The notes under the pieces are model-generated. The model made no database searches and was not told where the DNA came from. It saw only the letters and a program-made list of their open reading frames with translations. A program made the translations under genes and the position numbers. Source: a virus (taxonomy: Duplodnaviria > Caudoviricetes). Taken from it: a DNA stretch of 54,217 nucleotides. Where the stretch lies: positions 1 to 54,217 of IMG/VR virus record IMGVR_UViG_3300031965_000040; one strand, written 5' to 3'. Positions 27,447-37,675 of the stretch are shown piece by piece (within the stretch, counting starts at the first letter, position 1; every line of letters starts with the position of its first letter).

Positions 27447-30400
27447 GCAACGAATACGACGATCTTCTGCAGCAGAACGAATACGACACCCTGCTGCAGG
27501 GACCGGCCGTGCAGCGTCGTAACAGCGTCAGCGGCGTCATCGACCGGAATCCGGATCAGAGTGCTGAAGTCATTTCGTTGTCTCAGCGGACCGGCATACC
27601 GGCCCCGATGGTCGAGCGCAATCGCGAGTCGATCGCGTCGCAGGAAAAGCTCAACGAGTACGACGCGCTACTCGAGAAGTCACCGGCGCTATCCGATTTC
27701 GTTTCTGAGCCAGAGAATGCGTCCGTGGCTCACGACGACATAGCCTCGCTCTCGGGGCTCGAATGGGTGACACAAGCGTTCTCGCGCTCTCATTCATCCA
27801 TGTGGGACACGATCCGGATGGCGCAGGAGTTCTCGGGTCCGGTGCGAGAGGGCGACCGCGAACGGGCTGAGACGTCCATGCAGGAGACCGATTTCGGCGC
27901 CGAGGGCTGGTTTGAGCGCGCGATCGTGGAGAGTGGCCGGGTACTGCCGACAATGGAGCACGCGATCGCCGAGGGTCTCAGGCTCGGTATCCCGGCAGCC
28001 GTCGGCACTGGCACGATCGCGGCGGCCGCCTTGACCCCGGCAGCGGCCCCGGCCGGAGCGGCTGCGGGCTTTACCGTCGGTATGGCCTACGGCACTTTCG
28101 ATGCCGTTTACGATCTCGAGTCGGGGCTCGCGTATCAGGAATACCTGACGATGCGGGACGAGAATGGCGAGTACCTGCTGGACGAGCAGACCGCAAAACT
28201 CGCGGCTCAGACCGTCGGGGTGATCAACGCCGGCCTTGAATCGTTCTCGTTGGGCTACATCGCGAGCAAGATTCCTGGACTTCGCCGCTGGAAGGCTACC
28301 GCGGGGCGTGAGGCAATCCGTCAAGCCCTGGCGACGCCGACGTTCAGGCAGGCGCTCACACGCTTTGCTGGTGCGTACGCGGGCGCGATGGGGACCGAGG
28401 TCACGACGGAAATCCTGCAGGAAGCCTCGACGATTCTCGGTGGCGAGATCGCCGGACGCTTGGCTGAAGGCGAGTTTCAAGGGCTATCCCGGGCCGAGCT
28501 TGCAAATCGACTCGGTGAGGTCGCTGTCCGCACGGCTCAGGGCATGACGTTCATTGCTGGCGTCGGGCCGTCCATGCAGTTCGTCGCCGATGCGCGGCGG
28601 GCGAACCAGGCGAATCGCAACCAAGCGGTGATTCAGGCGCTCGGTGACACGGCGCAATCATCGAAGCTGCGTGAACGGCTGCCGTCGAAGTTTCGCGAGT
28701 ACGTTGCTCGACTTCGAGAAGGCGGTGACATTGACGCGATCCGCATTCCCGTCGAGCGGTTTGACGAATACTTTCAGACCCAAGGCATCGACCCGGAAGC
28801 CATAGCCAGCGAGGTCGGTGCCGGTGAATCGTATGTCCAGGCGCAAGCGGCCGGCACGGATCTCGAAATTTCGCTCGAGGACTATGCGACGAAGCTTGCT
28901 GGAACTGATCACCATGCGGGATTGATGCAGGACATTCGCTTTCGGCCGGACGACATGACGGCCCGGGAAGCGGAAGCGTGGCAGGCCGAGGGCGATCGGA
29001 TCACGCAAGAGCTCTCCGAGGGATTGCAGAATCAGCCGGTGAGTCGGCCCGTTTATGAGGACGTGCTCGGGCAGCTTTTGCAGACCGGGATGGAGCGGGG
29101 CGCCGCGGAGCAGAACGCGACCTTGACGGCTTCGGTGTTTGAAACGTTGGGGCAAAGGTCCGGGGTCGATCCAGCCGAGCTCTATCAACGGTACGGGCTC
29201 CAGATTCAGCGCGAGCAGCCGGAGGTGCTCCGGAACCTGCAGCGATTCGACGTGACGATCGACCCGCTGATTGACAGACTGAGATCAGGTGCTTTGCCGA
29301 CCGACAAGGAAATCTACGGCGACTCGCTGGGTGAGTTTCTCAGATCGAAGGGTGGCTTGCAGGATCAGGGTGGGGATCTGGCCGCGCGCGATGTGCAAAA
29401 GGTCATACGCGGTCTCGTGAAACCGGAAGGGATGACGTTCGATGCAGCGGCGGAGCTGGCGCAGGAAGCCGGATACATCACCGAGCGATCAGAAGATGCG
29501 TTGTTGGATGCCATCGACCGCGAGGCTCAAGGCGAAGCCGTGTTCGTTCCGCAAGGCAACCAGCAGCTATTGGATCTTCGCGCGGCGCTCAACGACTTGG
29601 ATACCTACTTGAAACAGGAAGGAGTCGATATTCAGGCGGCGGAGAATCAGCAGGTTCGCGAGCTGTTGCAGGGGACGACATTCGATCAGGGTATAATTCC
29701 TCCTGTGACCTCCGAGCGGGGACCGGGCGAACAACTCACCGAAGAACAATCCCGTGAGCCCGAAGGTGAGCGCATAGATGAAGCAACCGGACTGCCGCTG
29801 AACAGCGATGGTACGGTAACCGTCTATCACCATACGAGCAAGGAGAAGGCAGCCAAGATTTTAGAGAGTGGAGTTCTTAAATCGGTTGCTGAGCCAGACG
29901 TATACGTAACTACTCGCAGAGAACCTGATACCGGATACGGTGATGCGGCGGTTCCTATTCGCGTTGATCCTTCTGAGCTTGCTCTTGATGACGAATTTCC
30001 TGGTGGGCGCAAAGATTTCAGGTTGTCGGTTGGTAAGCCAGGTGGTTCACGTACAGTTGTTGTAGAACAGAGTTTTGAGCAAACCCGCGGCTCTACTCGC
30101 CGCGGCTCAATCCGCTTCGGCGCCGATCGGCAGTTCAACATCAACCTGTTGAAAGACGCTGATTTAAGTAGCCTTTTGCACGAATCCGGACATTTCTACC
30201 TAGAAGTCCTTGGCGACCTTGCCGAAGCAGAAAACGCGCCTGCTCAGATCATTCAGGACTACGCCGCAATTCTCAAATGGTTCGGCGTCGAGTCGCGCCA
30301 AGCGATTGCTGTTGAGCATCACGAGCAATTCGCGCGCGGCTTTGAAGCCTACTTGATGGATGGAAAAGCGCCGAGCATCGAGCTGCAGAATGCCTTCGCT

Positions 30401-33400
30401 CGGTTCAAGGCGTGGCTAGTTCAGATCTATCGCCGATTATCAGCCTTGAATGTCGAGCTCACGGACGAGGTACGCAGCGTATTCGATCGGCTGGTTGCCA
30501 CTGACGATGCGATAGAGGCGGCGAACGAATCGCAGAACTATATTCCGTTGTTCACGAATGCGGAGGCTGCCGGCCTTTCCAGGGAACAGTTCGAGGCGTA
30601 CCGCAATACCGTTCAGCAGGCTCGAATAGACGCCGAGGAAGATCTCGGCCGCAAGCTCCTGGCCATCATGACGCGCGAGCAGCAGAAATGGTGGAGGGAG
30701 GAAACGGCGAAGATGCGGGAGACCGTCGCGGCCGAGGTTCACGGGATGCGTGTGTACCAGGCGCTCTCGTTTCTGCAGCTTGGCAAAGCACCGGACGGCA
30801 CGGTATCCGAGGTCACACCGGTCAAGCTCTCCAAGGCCATCCTCATGCGTGAATTCGCCTATCCGCAGGAGTTTCTGAACCGGCTTCCCGGGGGCGGCAA
30901 GACGACCGTCTACAGCGTCGAGGGCGGTGTGCATCCGGACGTCATCGCCGGCATGTTCGGCTATCGCGGCACGGACGAGATGATCCAGGATCTCGTCAAC
31001 GCGCGTCCGATGAAAACGCTGATCGAGGCCGAGACACTGGCCAGGATGCGGGAGAAGTACCCGGACCCATTGACCGACGGCTCGCTAGCCGAGGACGCGA
31101 TGACGGCGGTCCACAACAACAAGCAGGCCGAGCTGCTGGCGGCCGAGCTTCGGGCGTTGCGACGGAAGCAGCGCGAGGTCAGGGCGTTTGTGCGTGCTGG
31201 GGAACTCACGGCGGCGCGGGAGCGACGAGAAGCCAGGGAAGCCAATCGTGGGCAACTGCCGGACCTGGACGAGCTCAGGCTCATTCGTGCGGCCTCAGAG
31301 CGCATCGTGGGCGAGCGTCAGGTCCGCAGTATCACGCCGCACACCTATCGGGTGGCCGAGTCCAAGGCGGGGCGCAAGGCGTTCGAGGCGGCGGCTCGGG
31401 GTGATTTTGAGACCGCGTATCTCGAGAAGCGCAAGCAACTGCTCAACCACGAGCTTTATCGGGCGGCGACCCATGCTCAGGAGCAGTCGGAGAAGATCCG
31501 AGACTACTTCAAGAAGTTCGGTAAGCAGCGTGTTATCGAACGGCTCGGGAAAGCCGGTGAGGGTCTCTTGGAGCAAATCCAAGCCATTCTCGAGGACATC
31601 AGTTTCAAGCGCGTCTCAAACCGGGCCATTGATCGAAAGAACGAGGTGCTGGAGCAGATCAAGAACGGCGAGATCGTTGCCGATCAGAAAGCGGAAGCGA
31701 TTCTTCGCGCTACCGGAACTAAAAACTGGCGCGAGCTGACGCTCAACGAGCTCGTCGGCATCCGTGACATCGTGGCTCAGATCGAGCACCAGGCCCGGAC
31801 CTTGTCGGAGGCGCTCGTCAACGGAGAGAAGCGGAAGATCAAGGACTCCGCTCAGGCTATCGCCGATAGCGTTGTGGCCGGGAACGCGCCGATTGCGATC
31901 ACGGTCGGGACTCGCGGGCCTGGAGATACGGGCAAACGCCTTGCAAAGCAAGCCTTGCTGGCTTGGTTGAGGTCCTCAGAGATCGCGCGACAGTTGGATG
32001 GCGGTCTCGATTTTGGAGCCGTGACCCGGCTGATCATTGTGCCGATCCGCAGGGCGTATGCGGAGAAGCTGATCCCGATGCAGAAGAAGGCGCGCGAGGA
32101 TGTTGCCGACCTGTATCGGGCACACTTCACGAACAGCGAACTTTCAGGCCTCAGTCGCCGGGAGCATATCCAGGAGCTTAATCTGTCGTTGACTCGCGGT
32201 GATCTGATCTCGCTGGCGCTGAATTGGGGGAATGAGGGAAATCGACAAGCGCTGCTGGATTCTGAATTCGAGGGCGGGCGTCTCTATCCAGAGGCCGGTA
32301 TCACGCAAGCGATCAGCCGGCTCAATGCGCGGGAACTTGCGTTCGTGCAGGCCATGTGGGACTACATCGATACCTACTGGGCCGATATTGCTGCACTCGA
32401 GAAACAGCGGCGCGGCATCTCGCCCAAAAAGGTAGAGGCATCGCCATTCGTTGTTCAAACCGCGGACGGCCCGGTCGCGATGCGCGGCGGATACTATCCG
32501 TTGAAGTACGATGCCGTGCTCTCGGCCATGCAGAAGTCAGACGACGTCGAGACCGAATTCAAGCACTTCACGCAAGGGCGGTTCACGACGGTGTCAACTC
32601 GAGCCGGGGCGACGCATGAGCGTGTCGGATCTGGGAAGCGCGCGGTACGGCTTGGGCTTGGTGTCATCGATCAGCATCTCCACGAGATCACCAGGGACAT
32701 TGCGCTCGGGAACGAGGTCGGGTTCGTCAATCGCGTGCTTCACGATCGCACGCTCCAGTCGGCGTTCGCAAAGACGGGGAATTCGGAAGCGCTGGCGGCG
32801 CTGAAGCTATGGCTGCAGGACGCGGCGGTCGGTGAGATTGCGGCGCGCGGCATCGTGAACCAGTCCGCTGCGTGGGTCCGCGTCGGGTTCACGAAGGCCA
32901 AGCTCGCATGGAACATGACGACCACGTTGCTACAGGTGACTGGTCTGCCTCAAACGATGGTGGTCGTGGGTCAGCGTGCTTTTGCTCACGGTGCCGGCAA
33001 GTTTGCATCCAATCCGCGGGCGATGCACCGGCACATCATGGAGCAGTCCGCGTTCATGCGGGCCCGGTATCAAACGAACTCATGGAACAAGGACGTTTCC
33101 GACACCAAGGCGTACCTAGAAGCGTACTTCGGCGGGGTGCCGACGCGCACCAAAACCTTCTGGAATGCGGTGTCGTACTCCTATTTCTGGCCGATCGCGC
33201 GCATGCAAATGGGCGTCGACGAGGTGACGTGGCTTGCCGGTTATTGGAAAGGCGTCTCGGAGCGAAGCCTTTCTGACGCGGATGCCGTGCTGTATGCGGA
33301 CACCATCGTCGAGAACGCTCAGACGTCGGGCTTTTTCTCCGATCGGTCGGCGGTTGAGAGAGGCTCCCTCGATACCACGACGGCTCGCCAAGCGCAGTAC

Positions 33401-33922
33401 GTGAAGCTCTGGACGACGCTCATCTCCTACATGTTGGCAAAATCCAATATCGCTTACGCAAAGGGGCGCGCGTTCATTCGAGAGCCTACGCTGTGGGGTG
33501 CAACCACATTGGCGGCCGACCTGATCATGCTCTACACGGTCGAGGGCCTGATGGCAGCAGCAGTTCGAGGCCATTTGCCGGATCCCGATGACGAGGAATC
33601 GTGGATTTGGTGGCTGCTCAAGGAGTCCGCAGCCTCTCTGATGTCCGGCATTCCGTTCTTGAGAGAAGTGCAATCGGCCAAGTTCGGGTCCGGCAATACC
33701 CCGATGGGGAGTGTTGCGACCGATCTCTATAAAACGATGGAGCAGGCACAGCAAGGCGAGATCGATCCGGCGATGATCAAAGCCTTCAACAACGTCGGCG
33801 GCACCTTGTTCCACTACCCGAGCTCGCAAACGAATCGCGCGATCGATGCTTACTGGGCTGAGAACGTGGAAGGCGAGGACGTGTCGTTCTACGAGTACAT
33901 CATTGGGAGACGACGAGAATGA
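27443..33922 (+). CDS. Giant ejection / polyvalent protein (gp16-like) with an ART-like insert and an HExxH module
   Basis: 2159 aa; VYHHTS..A.KILESG.L...VYVTT segment; DLSSLLHESGHFYL...HEQFARGFEAYL; GGYYPLKYD; hydrophobic C-terminal region. Confidence 0.8.
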   Translation: MSNEYDDLLQQNEYDTLLQGPAVQRRNSVSGVIDRNPDQSAEVISLSQRTGIPAPMVERNRESIASQEKLNEYDALLEKSPALSDFVSEPENASVAHDDIASLSGLEWVTQAFSRSHSSMWDTIRMAQEFSGPVREGDRERAETSMQETDFGAEGWFERAIVESGRVLPTMEHAIAEGLRLGIPAAVGTGTIAAAALTPAAAPAGAAAGFTVGMAYGTFDAVYDLESGLAYQEYLTMRDENGEYLLDEQTAKLAAQTVGVINAGLESFSLGYIASKIPGLRRWKATAGREAIRQALATPTFRQALTRFAGAYAGAMGTEVTTEILQEASTILGGEIAGRLAEGEFQGLSRAELANRLGEVAVRTAQGMTFIAGVGPSMQFVADARRANQANRNQAVIQALGDTAQSSKLRERLPSKFREYVARLREGGDIDAIRIPVERFDEYFQTQGIDPEAIASEVGAGESYVQAQAAGTDLEISLEDYATKLAGTDHHAGLMQDIRFRPDDMTAREAEAWQAEGDRITQELSEGLQNQPVSRPVYEDVLGQLLQTGMERGAAEQNATLTASVFETLGQRSGVDPAELYQRYGLQIQREQPEVLRNLQRFDVTIDPLIDRLRSGALPTDKEIYGDSLGEFLRSKGGLQDQGGDLAARDVQKVIRGLVKPEGMTFDAAAELAQEAGYITERSEDALLDAIDREAQGEAVFVPQGNQQLLDLRAALNDLDTYLKQEGVDIQAAENQQVRELLQGTTFDQGIIPPVTSERGPGEQLTEEQSREPEGERIDEATGLPLNSDGTVTVYHHTSKEKAAKILESGVLKSVAEPDVYVTTRREPDTGYGDAAVPIRVDPSELALDDEFPGGRKDFRLSVGKPGGSRTVVVEQSFEQTRGSTRRGSIRFGADRQFNINLLKDADLSSLLHESGHFYLEVLGDLAEAENAPAQIIQDYAAILKWFGVESRQAIAVEHHEQFARGFEAYLMDGKAPSIELQNAFARFKAWLVQIYRRLSALNVELTDEVRSVFDRLVATDDAIEAANESQNYIPLFTNAEAAGLSREQFEAYRNTVQQARIDAEEDLGRKLLAIMTREQQKWWREETAKMRETVAAEVHGMRVYQALSFLQLGKAPDGTVSEVTPVKLSKAILMREFAYPQEFLNRLPGGGKTTVYSVEGGVHPDVIAGMFGYRGTDEMIQDLVNARPMKTLIEAETLARMREKYPDPLTDGSLAEDAMTAVHNNKQAELLAAELRALRRKQREVRAFVRAGELTAARERREAREANRGQLPDLDELRLIRAASERIVGERQVRSITPHTYRVAESKAGRKAFEAAARGDFETAYLEKRKQLLNHELYRAATHAQEQSEKIRDYFKKFGKQRVIERLGKAGEGLLEQIQAILEDISFKRVSNRAIDRKNEVLEQIKNGEIVADQKAEAILRATGTKNWRELTLNELVGIRDIVAQIEHQARTLSEALVNGEKRKIKDSAQAIADSVVAGNAPIAITVGTRGPGDTGKRLAKQALLAWLRSSEIARQLDGGLDFGAVTRLIIVPIRRAYAEKLIPMQKKAREDVADLYRAHFTNSELSGLSRREHIQELNLSLTRGDLISLALNWGNEGNRQALLDSEFEGGRLYPEAGITQAISRLNARELAFVQAMWDYIDTYWADIAALEKQRRGISPKKVEASPFVVQTADGPVAMRGGYYPLKYDAVLSAMQKSDDVETEFKHFTQGRFTTVSTRAGATHERVGSGKRAVRLGLGVIDQHLHEITRDIALGNEVGFVNRVLHDRTLQSAFAKTGNSEALAALKLWLQDAAVGEIAARGIVNQSAAWVRVGFTKAKLAWNMTTTLLQVTGLPQTMVVVGQRAFAHGAGKFASNPRAMHRHIMEQSAFMRARYQTNSWNKDVSDTKAYLEAYFGGVPTRTKTFWNAVSYSYFWPIARMQMGVDEVTWLAGYWKGVSERSLSDADAVLYADTIVENAQTSGFFSDRSAVERGSLDTTTARQAQYVKLWTTLISYMLAKSNIAYAKGRAFIREPTLWGATTLAADLIMLYTVEGLMAAAVRGHLPDPDDEESWIWWLLKESAASLMSGIPFLREVQSAKFGSGNTPMGSVATDLYKTMEQAQQGEIDPAMIKAFNNVGGTLFHYPSSQTNRAIDAYWAENVEGEDVSFYEYIIGRRRE

Positions 33923-35934
33923 AACGGATTTTCATTGCCCTGATCGTAGCCGGCTTTGCCGGCTTTTTTGTGCCTGTGCAAAGCCAGATCACGGATCGGC
34001 TTGCCGGCGTCCAAACCGGGTTAGCAGTAAAGGCGCCTGTCAAGGTCGCGACTACTTCCAATATCACGCTCTCGGGCGAGCAGACGATCGACAGCACCTC
34101 CGTTGTAGCAGGCGATCGCGTTCTAGTCAGAGAACAAACCGATGCGACTGAGAACGGTATTTATGTCGTCTCGACCTCAGCATGGACTAGAGCCGCTGAT
34201 TTTGACGGCAATCGAGACGTAGCAAACGGCACGCTTGTAGTCGTTCCTCGTTCTTCTGGGCAAGATTATTTCTACCAGACGGATGCCACAGACCCGGTAG
34301 TCATAGGCACCAGCGAAATAACCTTCACGCTCGCCAATGACCCGAATATCACGTATGACATCACTGACGCCGAGATCGCCGCAGGGGTGACGCCAGACGC
34401 TTCATCTAAACCACCTGGCTACACCACTCGTTACCCTAACGGATTGGCAGATGCTCTGTTGCAAGCTGACGAATCCGGCGGTGCTACAGAAATTATCTTT
34501 GCAGCAAGCGAGACAATAAGCACTGGCCTAACGGCTGCTGTTGATTACCTCGATGTTACCGCTATCGACGGGGCGATTCTGACCTACTCGGGAACAGGGG
34601 TCGCGGTGACTTTAGGCAATGCTTCCGAGGACACTTACTACAATTTATGGGACGTGCCTATAAAGCGCGATGAGAACGAATGGGACGACGGGACAGACAC
34701 CACCAGCATCGGGCTTCAAATAAGACGTATCAGGCATTCGGAGATTTATGCCGATATCGAAAATTTCAACTACGGGCTCAACTCGTTTGGAATTACCGGA
34801 GGGAATGTCCACAACACGATTTCTATCAAACACATTCTCGACAACCGAATCGGTGTGCTTTTGGACCGTGACGGGGCGAGCGCGGGATGGAACAACGATA
34901 ACGAGTTCTGGGGCGGTCGAATCGGCTATCGGTCGGGGACCATAGATACTGCGATAGCCAACTCAATCGTAGTCAAGCATTTATCCCAAGCGCATGCGAG
35001 CGACAACGCAACGGTGCTTTTCGGCACTGCGTTTGAAATATCCGCTACGTCAGGATCGTTGCCCAGCGATTCTAGTGTCCTTGAGATCAACGGACTCGAT
35101 AACAGGATAGCCCCAGGACGATTCGAGAATTCCAATGCCGGCCTGACGCAGTACATCCTATTCGGTGCCAGCTCTGCTCGTAATGTGATTGAGTTCGGCC
35201 GTTACCAGCTCAGCATTTCCACGGCTGATTTCGTGAACGATCTTTCCGGGACTGCCTCGACTAATAGAGTGTTCGGCTTCAACAGCACTTGGAACTACGG
35301 TCCCCACACGAGAATAGTGGTTGGGGCTATCGAAGCCACTGGTAGACCATCATCTGCTAATTACGGCGGCGATGACGATTCCGAAGCCAGTGTGGTGGCT
35401 AGAAACTTGAACTCGTCCGCAAGTCGAGTGTGGGCCGGTAAAAGCAGCTCGACCGACATTACCTCGTCCATCCTCGGCACGGGTAGAACTGGAATTGGCA
35501 AGGATGCTGTCGCGAATATGGGCATGCTCCAAGTCCACAACCCGATTACCTCTGGAGGGACTGACGAAACCCGTTCGTGGAACGTCATGCCGTTTTTGGA
35601 GGCGACTACCGATGATAGTGGAGATGCCGAGAATTTCGATTCCGTGACCATCCCCATAAACTCGATCACTTGGGTGAAGGTGCGGACAATGGCTCGGTAC
35701 GATGACGGGACTAAGTTCTGGTTGGAGGACAGAATTGCCCTGATAGAAAGAGGGGCTGGTGCTGCGGCTGTTTCTCAGCAATCTCAGGTCTCGGTTCTCG
35801 ATCCAGATACCGCTGGAGTGACTGCGGTAGTACAGGTTCCAGGCAGCCAGCTTCAAATGCTGTTGACTGGAGTGGCCGCCACCGCAATCACCTTCATGGG
35901 GACTATCGAGTGGCAGACGTATACCGATGATTGA
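33919..35934 (+). CDS. Tailspike/tail fibre with an apparent N-terminal signal peptide
   Basis: ATTSNITLSGEQTID...GDRVLV..QT...ENGIYVV..AWTRA.D attachment domain followed by a beta-helix region; preceded by MKRIFIALIVAGFAGFFVPVQS|Q. Confidence 0.8.
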   Translation: MKRIFIALIVAGFAGFFVPVQSQITDRLAGVQTGLAVKAPVKVATTSNITLSGEQTIDSTSVVAGDRVLVREQTDATENGIYVVSTSAWTRAADFDGNRDVANGTLVVVPRSSGQDYFYQTDATDPVVIGTSEITFTLANDPNITYDITDAEIAAGVTPDASSKPPGYTTRYPNGLADALLQADESGGATEIIFAASETISTGLTAAVDYLDVTAIDGAILTYSGTGVAVTLGNASEDTYYNLWDVPIKRDENEWDDGTDTTSIGLQIRRIRHSEIYADIENFNYGLNSFGITGGNVHNTISIKHILDNRIGVLLDRDGASAGWNNDNEFWGGRIGYRSGTIDTAIANSIVVKHLSQAHASDNATVLFGTAFEISATSGSLPSDSSVLEINGLDNRIAPGRFENSNAGLTQYILFGASSARNVIEFGRYQLSISTADFVNDLSGTASTNRVFGFNSTWNYGPHTRIVVGAIEATGRPSSANYGGDDDSEASVVARNLNSSASRVWAGKSSSTDITSSILGTGRTGIGKDAVANMGMLQVHNPITSGGTDETRSWNVMPFLEATTDDSGDAENFDSVTIPINSITWVKVRTMARYDDGTKFWLEDRIALIERGAGAAAVSQQSQVSVLDPDTAGVTAVVQVPGSQLQMLLTGVAATAITFMGTIEWQTYTDD

Positions 35935-35958
35935 GCAACTGGTTGAGGATCTGAGCTA

Positions 35959-36420
35959 ATGAAAATCACTCTTTACACCTTAGCTCATCGATTCCGCGGG
36001 ATGAAGGAAATTGCGGGAGAAAAGGACCAGCCGTTCATCGTGTGGTGTCATTCGTTGTGCGGGCTTGGGATCGATCAGCCAGACGAAACGCCGTGGTGCA
36101 GTTCTTGGCTGAACGGGCTCGCATTCCTGCTTGGCCTGCCGCGCTCTGAGAGTGCTGCGGCACGATCCTGGCTCGAGGTAGGGAAGCCCGTTTTTGCAGA
36201 CGAGGCGCGCCCTGAGTTCGACGTGGTGGTTTTCAAGCGGGGTCCAGACCCTCAGCCTGGCCCGGAAGTGACTCGCGGAGCTCCTGGGCATGTCGGGCTG
36301 TTTGCCGGTGAGGACACCAACGGCGAGATTCTAGTGCTTGGGGGCAATCAGGGGAACACGGTCTCGATACAGCGATTCCCGGCTAATCGATTGTTGGGTA
36401 TTCGGAGGTTATATGATTGA
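35959..36420 (+). CDS. NlpC/P60 (TIGR02594-like) peptidoglycan hydrolase, probable endolysin
   Basis: DETPWCSSW, ARSW, GHVG, LGGNQ.N.V motifs. Confidence 0.85.
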   Translation: MKITLYTLAHRFRGMKEIAGEKDQPFIVWCHSLCGLGIDQPDETPWCSSWLNGLAFLLGLPRSESAAARSWLEVGKPVFADEARPEFDVVVFKRGPDPQPGPEVTRGAPGHVGLFAGEDTNGEILVLGGNQGNTVSIQRFPANRLLGIRRLYD

Positions 36421-36613
36421 TTCAGGTTGGCGTACTTCTACAAATGCTGCCCTCGCTGGCGGTCTTGCCGTCATCGTGATTTCGCTTCTACGGTATTTCG
36501 CCCCCGAGTTCATGGCGAGCTCGCCTGACGGGCTTGAAATTGGGCTGGCGGGCGTGTTCGTTTGGCTCATTGCGCGCGCCTCCAAGACGCCTGCGACTCC
36601 CGGAAAGCTGTGA
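36413..36613 (+). CDS. Putative holin
   Basis: 66 aa, two hydrophobic segments, GGAGG SD, between lysin and spanins. Confidence 0.65.
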   Translation: MIDSGWRTSTNAALAGGLAVIVISLLRYFAPEFMASSPDGLEIGLAGVFVWLIARASKTPATPGKL

Positions 36614-36858
36614 TCAAGCTTTGGAGCGCCATCAAAAGCGGTGTCATGTGGCTGGTCGCCGCTATCGTCGCTTTGGCCGTGTTGCTGTTCGGTGCTCGAC
36701 GATCAGGACGCGATGCCGAGCGCGTCGAGAGACTGGAAAGCGAACAGGCACGAGCCCGGGAAACCGATGAGGTCAAAGATGAACAGCTCGAAGCTGCGGC
36801 TCACCGCCCTCGTGATCGTGCTGAGCTTGATCGCCGGATGCGGAACGGCCCATTTTGA
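36610..36858 (+). CDS. i-spanin (Rz-like)
   Basis: N-terminal TM followed by a charged coiled-coil; overlaps a lipoprotein gene. Confidence 0.7.
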   Translation: MIKLWSAIKSGVMWLVAAIVALAVLLFGARRSGRDAERVERLESEQARARETDEVKDEQLEAAAHRPRDRAELDRRMRNGPF

Positions 36859-37021
36859 ACGGCCGTTACCAGCGTGTCCGGTAGTCGTAGAGTACGAGCA
36901 GAATCTTCTCAACCGTGCTGCCGATGAGCTTTGGCTGCTGCCGGCCGACAGCGCGATTGACCAGATGCTCAGGGACTTCGCCGTGATGCGAGCCCAGGCC
37001 CGCTCTTGCCGGAGGCTGTGA
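36779..37021 (+). CDS. o-spanin lipoprotein (Rz1-like)
   Basis: Lipobox LIAG|C, CPVVVEY, overlaps the i-spanin in another frame. Confidence 0.75.
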   Translation: MNSSKLRLTALVIVLSLIAGCGTAHFERPLPACPVVVEYEQNLLNRAADELWLLPADSAIDQMLRDFAVMRAQARSCRRL

Positions 37022-37024
37022 ATC

Positions 37025-37426
37025 TTGCCCGACGAAAGCAACCATAACGCGTTCGTTCAGATTGCCAGGATTGAGGAGCGCTGCAACACGCTGTTCCGCA
37101 TTCTGGAGGAACGCGAGAAGCAGTCCAGCGCTATCCTGTCGGCCTCTCAGCGTGCGACAGACAAGGCCGAGGAATCGCAGACCCGGGTAAACGTCGCGAG
37201 CAACGAATGGAGAGCGGCGATGAGTGACGCGCGGGCTACCTTTGCGCAGAGAGTCGAGCTTGACGCGCACGGCGAACGCATAAAGTTTCTTGAACAAACC
37301 GTTTCCAGGTTGACGGGGCAATCAGGCGGGCAGAGCGCGGCCAGGGCGATCACGACTCAGAACATCGCGCTGTTGATAATGGGTATTGGTGTCCTTGTGT
37401 CGCTTGTCGTTGCTATTTTGGGATGA
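37025..37426 (+). CDS. Coiled-coil protein with a C-terminal TM
   Basis: GGAGG SD, TTG start, C-terminal hydrophobic helix. Confidence 0.65.
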   Translation: MPDESNHNAFVQIARIEERCNTLFRILEEREKQSSAILSASQRATDKAEESQTRVNVASNEWRAAMSDARATFAQRVELDAHGERIKFLEQTVSRLTGQSGGQSAARAITTQNIALLIMGIGVLVSLVVAILG

Positions 37427-37429
37427 ACC

Positions 37430-37675
37430 ATGACTAACGGCAACGGCGTGCTATCCATGGTGGAGCGTGTATTGGCTCCTGTTCTCGCAGTAATTGTGAC
37501 CACCATGATTTTCGGCGGGGTCAATCTTCGTGATGCGGTACGCGACTTGCATATATGGAAAGACGAGACCCATCCGCTGCAAACCGAGCTTGCTCACGAG
37601 CAGATATTGACGACGGTGAGATCGAATCAAATGGAGCTTGAGGACTTGAGAGAACGAATCAGGAGATTGGAATGA
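37430..37675 (+). CDS. Small membrane protein (N-terminal TM, coiled coil)
   Basis: VLAPVLAVIVTTMIFGGV followed by LEDLRERIRRLE. Confidence 0.6.
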   Translation: MTNGNGVLSMVERVLAPVLAVIVTTMIFGGVNLRDAVRDLHIWKDETHPLQTELAHEQILTTVRSNQMELEDLRERIRRLE

